DNA of 62,200 nucleotides, counting the filler. It is 9 parts of 9 records of this genome, joined end to end, with 100 filler letters (N's around TTAATTAATTAA, not from the genome) between each part and the next. Parts side by side here need not be neighbours in the genome. Positions count along the whole stretch, not along the records: positions 1 to 14,548 come from SRR7504441_3098; 8 more parts are not named here. One strand, written 5' to 3'. The notes under the pieces are model-generated. The model searched no databases. It was not told the origin of the DNA and saw nothing but the letters and a program-made list of their open reading frames with translations. Position numbers and translations under genes: made by a program. Positions 1-9,634 of the stretch are shown piece by piece (the stretch's first letter is position 1; every line of letters starts with the position of its first letter).

Positions 1-655
1 AGCTGACGCCAGACTACCTAGTCGGTACATCTCCTCAGCTGTTGCAGTAGCACAAGCACACCCACACCAAGCCAAAGAGGCCTAACCGTGTGGCAAACCC
101 AGGTAGACCGTCAGCAGACATCAGGATAACAGTAACTGTGGGGGAGTTGAGGTTCTGATTTGGAATCTGTCAAGCAATGGTTGATACTCCGGTAGACCCT
201 TTACATGCGAAGATAATTGCATTGGAGTCGCGTGGATGTCTCCCCTGTCAACGCGTACACGTCAGCGCTGTGAGTGTACACACAGTGACCTTATCCTGGC
301 CTGACCTGCCACCACGAGCCGGTCCATATCGCAGAATTCCGGGAAAGTGATAAAAGCTGTCCCCGGGGCAGTTCAGTGCACCATCTGCCAGCCGCTTGCG
401 CAGCAGCCTTGGGGACAACTGTGGCAGTCCAGCAGCTCTATCTTCAAGGACTTTGGGCAACATAGCTTGCATCAACGAGCCCTGGCACCGTGTCAGTCTG
501 CACAGGCTGCGGTTCTCGGAAGGGGTGGCTGGCATCGACCCGCACAGGATCGATACCACCCGCCGTGGGGCCGGCTGCACCGCCTCTACCGGCCGATCCA
601 TCCTCTCAGCAGCTCAGCACACGAGCAGCTGACCAGCACCTCACTTTACCGCCAT
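1..655 (-). CDS. Possible 5' part of an intron-containing hypothetical gene
   Basis: GT-AG intron-like segment 245-289 with GCTGAC branch-like site; AAACGG motif upstream at 665-670; exon frames not resolved. Confidence 0.25.
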
Positions 656-810
656 CGCAGATAAAAACGGACGTCAGCCCGCTGAACGAGTAGGAAGAAA
701 CGAGGGGTGGGCGGGTCTGTAACAGGTCGACGCTTCGACGTTTGCGCGGCCCGCTACTCGAATACGTAACAGATCTATTCCCTAAATATCAATAAACGAC
801 TTTTAACTCT

Positions 811-2280
811 CTATTTGCTCACCGGACTAAAGTACCTCATTATGCTAGCCGGGCCCGGAGATCGAGAAGGGCTAGGCCGGCTTGACCCTTCCTTTTTGAG
901 CCGTTTAGCTGCCGGCCGGGCAGGCGCGGGTGAAAGGATCTTCTTTGGCCGCTCGCACACAGCGCACCGCAAGCTGGACCCAGGGTTGCGCAGAGTACAC
1001 GAAGCACAAGCCCAATCCTCTGCACACTCTGTAGGGCCACCCGGCAGCGTGGCGGAGGTTCTGGGCTGCTCACACGCGGCGCAGAGCACACTCGGCCCTG
1101 GGTTGAGCAATGTGCACGCAGAGCAGGTCCAGGACTCCTCTGCAGCCGGTTGGAGACTCCTCGCCTCCCGGTCGGGCGGAGGCTTGGCTGGCGACCGTTT
1201 CCACAGAGTGTCCAAACGCTGCTGGGCGGAGGTGGCGCTGGCCTTCTGCAGCCGGGTAATGTACCGGTCCACGCGCGTTGCGTTGAATCCGTGCCGGTCG
1301 ACTAGCAAGGCACGGAGGCTCGGCAAGTCTGGCGGCTGGAGCAAGCAACTGCTGACAGCACCACAGTCGACAACCATCGGCGCACTAAATATGGCCACCG
1401 CTTCGGCGTGCGGGTAAACGTCCGGGAGCACGCAGCCCTTAGGCACGCCTTTGGCACCGCGTCGGATTGCGTCGACCGTGGACGCCAGATGCCCGTATTG
1501 ATTCAGGAGTTTCCTAGCCGTGGTCGGCGCAATACCCTTGAGGCCAGGGAGGTAGTCGCATCCGGACAAGGTGCAAAACTCCACGAACTGGGCCATCGTC
1601 ATCCCGGTGGCCTGCAGCACCCGTTGCAGATCTATCTCTTGCGCCGGCCGTCTGCCACTCCCTGGGATCCGTGAGCCTTCCACGTCGTACAGGTTCTTCA
1701 CCATCCGACTCGCCCCAAACGTGAGCACATCCATGTCCTCCGTCACCGCCGCGTACGCCCGCCCTGCCCGCACCAGCGCGGCGCAGCTCGCCTCGGCCTC
1801 TCCGGGCGCGTCCACCCACGGCACCCCCAATCGATCAAGCAGTTCCTGGATCTGTACAGCGTGCTCCCGTGTGACTGAAGTGGCCCGCCCGGCTGCCCTG
1901 TACACCGCCTGCTCCCCCGCTCCGCCCTCGACTGCCGCCGCGTGCTCTGCCGCCGCCCCGGCCTTGCGCGCCCGCCGCTCTGCCAGCACCCGCTTCTTGA
2001 GCGGCGGGGCCTCTCCGTCAAAGACGAAGATCGGCCGGACCCCGAGCTCGAGCATCCCCACCACCCGGCCGAGGAAGCCCTGCACGTGCGAGGTGGGCTG
2101 GCCGTCCGGGTTGGCCAGGGGCTCCGCCGTCGCCCCGGTCCGGACGGCTACTAGGAACTGGTACAGCCACATGCTCGCGTCCACCGCGAGCACTCGGCCG
2201 CAGAACTCGGCCAGCTTGACCTCGCGCACGGCCGACGGGGCGTGCTGCTTGATCCATGGGGCCAGCTGCTTGATCCCCAT
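811..2280 (-). CDS. FEN1: FEN1/XPG-family flap endonuclease with two C-terminal RanBP2-type zinc fingers
   Basis: Starts MGIKQL; acidic catalytic motifs VDAS, FVFDG, GEAEA, TEDMD, GCDY; PIP-like QQRLDTLW; WTCSACTLLN..C..C and WACASCTLRN..C..C. Confidence 0.9.
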   Translation of the reverse strand: MGIKQLAPWIKQHAPSAVREVKLAEFCGRVLAVDASMWLYQFLVAVRTGATAEPLANPDGQPTSHVQGFLGRVVGMLELGVRPIFVFDGEAPPLKKRVLAERRARKAGAAAEHAAAVEGGAGEQAVYRAAGRATSVTREHAVQIQELLDRLGVPWVDAPGEAEASCAALVRAGRAYAAVTEDMDVLTFGASRMVKNLYDVEGSRIPGSGRRPAQEIDLQRVLQATGMTMAQFVEFCTLSGCDYLPGLKGIAPTTARKLLNQYGHLASTVDAIRRGAKGVPKGCVLPDVYPHAEAVAIFSAPMVVDCGAVSSCLLQPPDLPSLRALLVDRHGFNATRVDRYITRLQKASATSAQQRLDTLWKRSPAKPPPDREARSLQPAAEESWTCSACTLLNPGPSVLCAACEQPRTSATLPGGPTECAEDWACASCTLRNPGSSLRCAVCERPKKILSPAPARPAAKRLKKEGSSRPSPSRSPGPASIMRYFSPVSK

Positions 2281-2282
2281 GT

Positions 2283-2332
2283 GCACTGGGACCTGGCACT
2301 GGTACCTGGCACTGGGACCTGGCACTGGTACC
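2283..2332. repeat. 13-bp tandem repeat GCACTGG(G/T)ACCTG, about 4 copies
   Basis: Read directly; lies immediately 5' of the FEN1-like ATG. Confidence 0.9.
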
Positions 2333-2429
2333 CACCTTGGCAAGAAGTCCGTTAGCTTTAGCTAGCCTGACGTGCCTCTCCCGCTCCAAAGGCTCCCCGC
2401 GGGAGCGGGCTTAAACGCTCCGGGCCGGG

Positions 2430-3047
2430 ATGATGCCTGCCCCGCCCGAGGAGCCGGCCAAGGTGCCAACGGTGCACACACTAGATCTCAAGCAGCAGGA
2501 CATCGACCGTGTCCTCCAGCGGTGCCCCCCCAGCCCGCCACGGCTGCAGCTCGGGCGTGCAGGATCCGTGCCGGCCAGACCCCGCTGATCGGCCGCCCTG
2601 ACGACACTCCGCCGAGCGGCCGACCCGCTCCAGCCGTCCCAGCGATAACGGTGGCGCCCTCGGCGCGGCCGGTCCGGGGCATCGAGCCCAGTTTCGACTT
2701 CTCTAGTCAGCCGGACTCGATGCCCGAGGTGGACCAGTCGACGATCAAGGCCCGGCCGACCAGCTTTCAGGACCTGCTCAACGCAGTGGCCAGCAGGCAG
2801 CACGAGCCCGGCCAGTGAGCGCCCGGTCGGCGGACTCGGACGGGCCTTTGAGTGGCACCGACGGGGTGGCACTGCCCTGGTTCACATGGCGTGGCATAGA
2901 GCAGGGCCTGCTGCGTTCCTGGTTGCGTGTGGATGTGGCAGAGACAGCTGGTGCCCCCCGCCTCCTCTCTCGTGCGAGTGGACAACATGCTCGTACCAGG
3001 CGTGAGCCTCGTTATGCACGGACTCGTACGACTGGTACGTACGTAAT
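2430..3047 (+). CDS. Hypothetical Pro-rich protein with introns (3' end uncertain)
   Basis: ATG 2430 divergent from the FEN1-like gene; a GT-AG intron near 2522-2562 joins DIDRVLQR to IRAGQTPLIG; donor GTGAGC near 2815. Confidence 0.45.
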
Positions 3048-3303
3048 CAGCGCGATTGTGCAATCATGTACGCGCTACTTTGAAAATTGTCAAAGAGGAG
3101 AGCCAGAATTCCGTGACGAGCTCATGGGCATACATATAGATGCATCTGAATATAAAATGATTGTTTAGTATCATGGCAAACCACAGTATACAATAGGTAG
3201 GAACATGTAACTGCTTCGCGAGGTTATGTCGTTATGTGGGCCTTATAGGGCTCCGACTTTCTGATAAACGTACTCACGAGAATACAGCTTTCTGCTTTGC
3301 GGT

Positions 3304-5331
3304 TCAGGTGACGTGTGGGCGTGAGGCCGCCGGGCTGTCACCCCACACAAACCCGCCCACCGGCAGCTTGCCCAGCCGTATTTCAATATTCAGCGGCCGC
3401 ACCAACGGAAACGGGTAATCCCGACCGAGCGCAAACCCACTGCCATCCTCATTCTCGGGCTGGGTGCTCTGCCACTCGGGAGCGACGAATGCCTTGCCCG
3501 GAAGCCAAAAATATTCATAATTCCAATTGGTCCGATTCGCGGCGCAGAACCAGAGAGGGCTGTCCTTGTAAGGCTTGACCGACACTGTTTGCCCGGGTCG
3601 GCTCGGATCGCCGAGCGTGCGCCACGGCTCGCGCATCAGATCGAAGCTGGGCAGTCCGCGGAGGGCCGGGCACCAGTAGCCAGTATGCTCGAACTTGCAG
3701 TCGTGCACAACGGGCCAAGCCACACACTCGATCGTCGACAGGTGGGGCACACTGCTGGCTTCTCCGAGGAATTCCTTCCGTGAGCTCGCCAGACCCGGCC
3801 GTTGCAAGATCCTGTACGCCCAATTGCCCCAGTTGGCATCGGGCGTGTAGTCAACAAGGCACGACTCGAAATGCTCGGCACCCCACCGCCAGTCAATCTG
3901 CAGATCCCGCACCAGGAAGGCGGCGCAGCACTGCCGGTGCAGGTGAGACATGTACCCCGTCCGGCGCAGCTCGCGCATCCCTGCGTCAATAAACGGGAAA
4001 CCGGTCGCTCCGTCGCGCCACTTGTCAAACAGATCTCGGTCTTGCTTCCAAGGAACAGTGCCATCAGCAAGCTCAAACGGGCCACCCAGCTGGAATGCCT
4101 TAGAGCCCCAGTGGAAGTGGATCGCGAACCGGAGAAAGTCCCGAAAGTTGAGCTCCGTGTGCAACCGGCAGCCAGTAGAGCCACCCTTGCCGGCCGCCTT
4201 GCCGCCACCACGCTTGCCGTGTCTCCGCTCGCACTGTTCGGCCATCTTAACCACTTGTCGGGCCGAGATGCATCCGAACGCTAGCCATGGCGACAGCCGG
4301 GTCCCACTCATCACTGGGTTGTGCTCCTCCCCGTGCGCAAACGACTCGCTCGCCCCACGGTAGCCATGCAGGCCTGCACCGTCCTCAAAGAAACGTCCCA
4401 GGTATGCCAGCGCCACCGTCTCCCCGCCAGTCCAGCGGTGCTCAAACCCGTTAACACGGTAGTACCCGGCCGTGTCCGGCAGCAGATCTGCCGAGGGCTC
4501 GTCGTGCCAGAATTGCAGGTCAGCTTGATCGGCGTAATGCTCGCCGAAGATGGCATCGATCGTGTCTTCAGCCAACATCGGGCCCAGCCCAGGCTTGAAG
4601 CTGGCCGGGCGGTCGAGTGGGGTCCGCACGCCGCACCGCTTAGCTCGGCTGTTGTACTGGCCTTTGAATAGCGGGAAGTCGCGCCCGGCCAGCTTGTGTC
4701 GCTCGAGGTCGTCGATGTGATGCACCGTCAGCCCTCCCCAGAATGTCAGCAGCTCGCACGGCAGCCCGCATTCGCCCGCCGCCCGCTCGATAGCAGCCCG
4801 CACCGCCCGCTCGGTGGCCAGCTCCTCGCTACAGATTTCAGCGTGCCCGTACACTTTAAAGCTCTCCGCCGCCTGCTCTGCAGCCAGCGCCTTGATCAAC
4901 CGCTCAAAGTACTCTGCCGGCTCTTGGACCAGAGCCAGCGCGAGCCGTTGCCCCGGCAGACTCTCCAGCTGACCGGCCAGGTCGGCGACGCTTTGCCGCC
5001 AGAACGCCAGGCGGGCGGGTGAGCAGCGGCCTACGCCCGAGAGGGCCGCCCGGCCGGTGAGGAGGCGCTGCTCGACCAGATGGACGTGGAGCACTTGGTC
5101 GCACTCGAGGTGGGCCTGGCACGCCGGCTCGTGGTCGGCCAGCCGCAAGTCGCTCCACTTGTGCCACACCACGCCCACCCGCCGGCCCTGACCAGCGCTC
5201 CGGCGGCCCCGACCGCGCCGGCCCTTGCCCCGGGCAGGTGGCGTGGCTGGGCCGGTCTCTGTGGTCTCTGGCCGCGGGCGCGGGGCCGGGAAGCCAGCGT
5301 GCTGCACTCTGCCGCCGCCTTGCCGCGGCAT
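3304..5331 (-). CDS. Cryptochrome/photolyase family protein, CRY-DASH-like
   Basis: VVWHKWSDLRLADH, GGETVAL, TRLSPWLAFGCISARQV, TGFPFIDAGMREL, DWRWGAEHFESCLVDY, NWGNW. Confidence 0.9.
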   Translation of the reverse strand: MPRQGGGRVQHAGFPAPRPRPETTETGPATPPARGKGRRGRGRRSAGQGRRVGVVWHKWSDLRLADHEPACQAHLECDQVLHVHLVEQRLLTGRAALSGVGRCSPARLAFWRQSVADLAGQLESLPGQRLALALVQEPAEYFERLIKALAAEQAAESFKVYGHAEICSEELATERAVRAAIERAAGECGLPCELLTFWGGLTVHHIDDLERHKLAGRDFPLFKGQYNSRAKRCGVRTPLDRPASFKPGLGPMLAEDTIDAIFGEHYADQADLQFWHDEPSADLLPDTAGYYRVNGFEHRWTGGETVALAYLGRFFEDGAGLHGYRGASESFAHGEEHNPVMSGTRLSPWLAFGCISARQVVKMAEQCERRHGKRGGGKAAGKGGSTGCRLHTELNFRDFLRFAIHFHWGSKAFQLGGPFELADGTVPWKQDRDLFDKWRDGATGFPFIDAGMRELRRTGYMSHLHRQCCAAFLVRDLQIDWRWGAEHFESCLVDYTPDANWGNWAYRILQRPGLASSRKEFLGEASSVPHLSTIECVAWPVVHDCKFEHTGYWCPALRGLPSFDLMREPWRTLGDPSRPGQTVSVKPYKDSPLWFCAANRTNWNYEYFWLPGKAFVAPEWQSTQPENEDGSGFALGRDYPFPLVRPLNIEIRLGKLPVGGFVWGDSPAASRPHVT

Positions 5332-5763
5332 TTCACAAAGTCGCGCCTCGGCGTGTGCTTGACCGTCCGGTCAAAAGTAACGGTTGAGACGCCGGTCGGA
5401 AAGAGAAGGGTGATTGGCGACGTGAGCGACGCCGCGGATAGGTCGATAGGTCATCTAGTGGGCCGAGTGGGCTTGGCCTGGTGAAGCCTTGCGCCAGGCT
5501 CCGCGGGAAGGACAATTGAGCGCTGCACTAGTGTCGCACACCTTGTATATGCGATACATTGACATTGATATGCGGTACCAACAATTGCTCAAGTTCGCTA
5601 TCATTATTTTATTTCCCTAATCATAGTTGGCATCTCCAAAATGAAACTAGCAATTAGCTCGCTCCATTAATTCTTGCAGCAATCATGTCTAGCCGAAGTC
5701 CTATTGCATCAATATTGTTGTCCGATCCAAAACCTCTCAAGCTCAGGATCCCCGGAGCCTCCA

Positions 5764-6673
5764 TCATTGATCCGGCAGCACCTCGCCGTCTGACTCAAAG
5801 TACGTCTTAATCTCGTCACCGCTCCAGCCCTCCGCCGCCCCGTCTGGCGCCTTCAAGCCATAAACGCTCGCATCCTCGAGCTGTGCGATCAGCTTCTTGT
5901 TTGTCCGAACAGCCAGTGGCGTCAACGCAGTCCTGTTCGCCGGCTCCTGCGCCCTCGCCACCTTCGGCCCCTCCAGCGGCTGGCTGGCGGCTGCAGGCTG
6001 CGCAATCGCCTGCCTGCCCCTCAGCCTCAGCACGCTGCAGCGCGCACCTTTGGCTGGTCCTCCCCCGAGAGTACTTTGCCCATCCCGGTACGGAACCTCG
6101 CCATCTCCTCGTCCGCTGTCTTCTTCCGGCTCTGCCTGGTCCGCTCCTCCAGCACCATTCGGGCTCGATCCTGCCCCCGCCGCTCGGCCCCGGCCGCTCG
6201 GCCCGGCCGCCTTGTCACTGGTCACCCAGCTGTCCCCGAAGATCGAGTTCTCGCCCTCGCGCAGCTCCAGGTTTTTCTGCCCGCCCGGCTCCGGCCGGCC
6301 GGGGCCTGTATCGACCTCCTCGTCCATCTGGTTCAGGGTGGACTCCATGTCGTCCAGCGGCTCGAGCATCCGGCCTTTGACAGTCACCTCCTGCTGCCCA
6401 AACTCGGCGTCAAGCACAACGTCCCACGTGCCTGCCCCCGCTCCGGCTCGCCCGGCCGGCCGCCGCGCCGTCCTCGTTGTCGAACGCCAGCATTCCAGTC
6501 TTTTTGTAGCTGCTCGCGCCTTTGCTGCGGATCCCGACGCGGAGCCCCACCTGCGGCCCGGGCTGGCCGGCGGACCAACGGGCTGGCACCTTCAGCTCGG
6601 CCGGCCGCTTGTTGTCCAGCAGCGACATGAGCGCCGACAGCTCCCCGGCCGGCGCCTCCACCAGCTCGCCCAT
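5764..6673 (-). CDS. Hypothetical protein (4 predicted introns) with a Tudor/SH3-like DNEDGTWDV segment
   Basis: Removing short introns, including GC-AG 6432-6468, joins the 6410..6988, 6027..6218 and 5764..6417 frames into one ORF ending GWSGDEIKTYFESDGEVLPDQ. Confidence 0.65.
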
Positions 6674-6758
6674 TGCTGCACTGAACTCTGCAGCAGCGGC
6701 GGCCGTTGAAACGGGGGCGGATATCTGCGCACCCACAGGTGTCAGCAGCGCCGCGGCC

Positions 6759-9335
6759 ATGAAGGCGGCGAGGGGAACCCCGACCCTCACGGTCGGCACG
6801 CTGCTCCGGTTCGTCGGCGAGCTCGAGGAGCCGTTCCGAGTGACGATAGGCGTGGCGGCGATGCTGGCCACCTGCGTCTGGGGCTCGAAGGGGATGCCCG
6901 GATTCTTCTTCGTGCCGTGCCTTTTCATCCTGCCGATCGGGCCGGTCGTCTGCGTCCAGGGCTCGCTCGGTGCCACCCTGCACGCCACTGCTCAATTTCT
7001 AATCGCTTTCCTGGTCGGCGGCTGCGTGGCCACCGCTCTGCTGCCGCTCTGCATCAACAACACAACTTCCGGCGTGGTTCTGAGCACCGCGGTCGGGCTG
7101 CAGGTCTATTTCTTCGAGTTCAGCGGCTTCGTTCCGGGCAAGGGGATCATGCAAGGCGTCACCGTCATTTTCATCGCGCTGTTTGCGACCCTGCCCGACG
7201 GCAACGACAAAAAGATACTGGAGGTGTGGCGGACGGTGGGCAATCTGGCCCTCTTCCCCACTCTCGCCTCAATCTGCAGCGTGCTCATCCCGCTGCGAGG
7301 GTTCAGGCCGCTGTTCGCCGGCTACCAAGCCGAGCAGCGGTGCGCGAGTCTCGCCAGCAAGGTGGCAGCGCTGGTGCAATCGAGCGTGCAATCGCTAGAG
7401 CTCTCTTCCCAGGACTTGTATCACCGACTGCACGAGGATCGGATCACTTTCGCCCAAGTGACTGGTGAGATCGCTGCGGTAGCCGGCTTGCTCGGGAACG
7501 CAAAGTGGGAGCTTTATTATGGCTGCAAGACAGGCAAAGTGGCCAAACAATTGGCTGCAATCAAGGCAGTCAGCAACTGCATCGGGCCCATTCAGACTGT
7601 GCTGGCCGACATCTCCGAGAAGTATTCGGTCGGTGCGAGTGTGCGGGCGCGTCTCATGGCAGCGCACGGCGCATCCCTGCACGCGGTGGCTGAGGCCGCT
7701 GCGCATGCTCTCGCAGACCCACACTGCGAGGTGGGTGGTGCCATATCAGACTTTAGGCTGCTGTTTCGAGATGGGCTAGTGGGCGGATTCTTTGAAGACG
7801 ATTTATCTGATACCAAGGAGCGCATTGCGGTCTCGCAGCAGTTGTATCACCTGTTATTCGAGCTCGGCATAATAGCCGATGCTGTCACGGCCGACTATAG
7901 CAGCGCTGTGGGCGGGTGGTTTGATGCAATAGACCCGCGAGAGTGGGGTCTCTTTGCATCCCTGTCCCAGTTAGCCTCGTATCGGAGGATTGTGGCTTCT
8001 CTCCGGTGCATGCTCGCGGTTGGACTCGGCTGTCTGTTTGCATACCAGTTCCCATATATCTTTGCTGTCCAAGGCAAATTCTTTTGGGCGCCAATGACTG
8101 TTGCGTTTTTGGTTGGCAACGGAACGAGTGGGCTTACGATCCGTGTCACCATAGGACGGATGATTGCCACAAGCTTTGGTGGAGTGATTGTGTTGCTATA
8201 CAGCTACATCTTTTATCACCGGCTCGAGTACACAATCTTTCTCGCTTTGTGGTGCGGCCTGGGCAAGTACATTGGAAAGACGAGAAAGGATTTGGCCTAC
8301 TTTGGAATGATGACCGGACTGACTGCATGCCTGCTCAGTGTAGATGGCGAAGACTACTTATATCAAACTTCTTCTGGGCCTTCCAGCGTTGTTGAGACAA
8401 GAGTCTTGGCAACGTTTGTGGGCGCATGGATAGTGATCATCACCAGCCTGCTCATCCTGCCCGACAGGTCTCACCTGAACCTACACGAGGTTACAATGGG
8501 CATCTTGAAAGATGTCAGGACCATGGCCTGGCAGTTCGGTACGATCGTTAAACTCGAAGGGTACGCTGTCTATGAAGCCCCCCCGCCCCCGCCAGCTACT
8601 GGACCCTCAGTCGAACAAAGGCTTGCGATGCAACTACTCTTGTGCAAAGGCGCTGAGTATGAGCCCGCCCTTTGGTGGATTGAGTACAACAACGAGCTAT
8701 TCATGAAGGTCATGGAGTATGAAAGTGGAGTGATCAACTGGCTCCGTATTATGCGCAATACTGTCTCTGGCGGACTGTCGCAACCGCTCGATCTCGGGGC
8801 GCGCACCGGCACATTGATTACGCTAAGACATAGTGCCAGCCAGCTGCTGTACACGCTTGCCTGTGTGTTCCATCCGGGATGGCAAATCTATTCTTTCATA
8901 GAGCACGAGCAAGCCGACATATCAGTTCCGCCCGAGTGGCAAGAGACCAATCCTGTTGGCTCCGATGTGAACCTGACCCTGCTCGACGCGTCTGCGCAGT
9001 TTAGAACGGCGTTCCAAGAATACTCTGGCGTCATCACCGAGTATCTGAATTCAAATTACGAGAGGTCCAAGCATAAGTACCAAACTGTAGACCCCAATGA
9101 AAACGTACACTTTGGATCTAAGCTGCTCGCGTATCTCTTCGCGCTACAGCAGTTTTCTTGGAATTTGCTGCAGTTGTCGCTGGCGGTCGACAGATACGTG
9201 AATTTCATGGAGAAGGATGAACATACTTCCACACCTGAGCCCCGTCAAGCCCCGCAGAGCCTCCATGCAGGGGTACAAGCCCCGCGCCAACCTAGTCCGC
9301 CGTGGTTCCAAGCCGAAGCAGACAGCCAACTTTGA
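6759..9335 (+). CDS. FUSC/ALMT-like multi-pass membrane transporter
   Basis: Two blocks of TM helices separated by a helical soluble region; FFWAPMTVAFLV...GRMIATSFGG and ETRVLATFVG typical of FUSC-type domains; ATG 6759 chosen to avoid overlap with the divergent gene. Confidence 0.75.
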   Translation: MKAARGTPTLTVGTLLRFVGELEEPFRVTIGVAAMLATCVWGSKGMPGFFFVPCLFILPIGPVVCVQGSLGATLHATAQFLIAFLVGGCVATALLPLCINNTTSGVVLSTAVGLQVYFFEFSGFVPGKGIMQGVTVIFIALFATLPDGNDKKILEVWRTVGNLALFPTLASICSVLIPLRGFRPLFAGYQAEQRCASLASKVAALVQSSVQSLELSSQDLYHRLHEDRITFAQVTGEIAAVAGLLGNAKWELYYGCKTGKVAKQLAAIKAVSNCIGPIQTVLADISEKYSVGASVRARLMAAHGASLHAVAEAAAHALADPHCEVGGAISDFRLLFRDGLVGGFFEDDLSDTKERIAVSQQLYHLLFELGIIADAVTADYSSAVGGWFDAIDPREWGLFASLSQLASYRRIVASLRCMLAVGLGCLFAYQFPYIFAVQGKFFWAPMTVAFLVGNGTSGLTIRVTIGRMIATSFGGVIVLLYSYIFYHRLEYTIFLALWCGLGKYIGKTRKDLAYFGMMTGLTACLLSVDGEDYLYQTSSGPSSVVETRVLATFVGAWIVIITSLLILPDRSHLNLHEVTMGILKDVRTMAWQFGTIVKLEGYAVYEAPPPPPATGPSVEQRLAMQLLLCKGAEYEPALWWIEYNNELFMKVMEYESGVINWLRIMRNTVSGGLSQPLDLGARTGTLITLRHSASQLLYTLACVFHPGWQIYSFIEHEQADISVPPEWQETNPVGSDVNLTLLDASAQFRTAFQEYSGVITEYLNSNYERSKHKYQTVDPNENVHFGSKLLAYLFALQQFSWNLLQLSLAVDRYVNFMEKDEHTSTPEPRQAPQSLHAGVQAPRQPSPPWFQAEADSQL

Positions 9336-9634
9336 GTGGAGCGACACTCTACGTATACCAGTATAGAGGGTGTAGAGAGGGTGCTTAACCCTCTCTCCAA
9401 AGCTATGCCGTTTCATTTTAGAAACCACAATCAAATGCATGTAGATGTAGTCAGGATGCAGTTGGACTATAGATTCTCTCTTTTTAAAATTTTACATGTA
9501 CATGTACTGGAGAATGTTCAGCTTTAGTCATTGACAAGCAAAGGTCACTCGGACTGATGGATTTGTGTCAATTATCAACGCAGGGTAGTCCATACAATGT
9601 GTACATGTTAATGAAAGTGGTTAGACTTTTAAAA

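Noticed and set aside
2281-2343. N-terminal extension of the FEN1 ORF (MPRWVPVPGP...)
   Set aside because: Non-ATG start translating the tandem repeat; the family start MGIK is at 2280
6522-6758. 5' extension of the 937-aa ORF overlapping the opposite-strand gene
   Set aside because: GC-rich read-through across the divergent promoter; ATG 6759 gives a non-overlapping model
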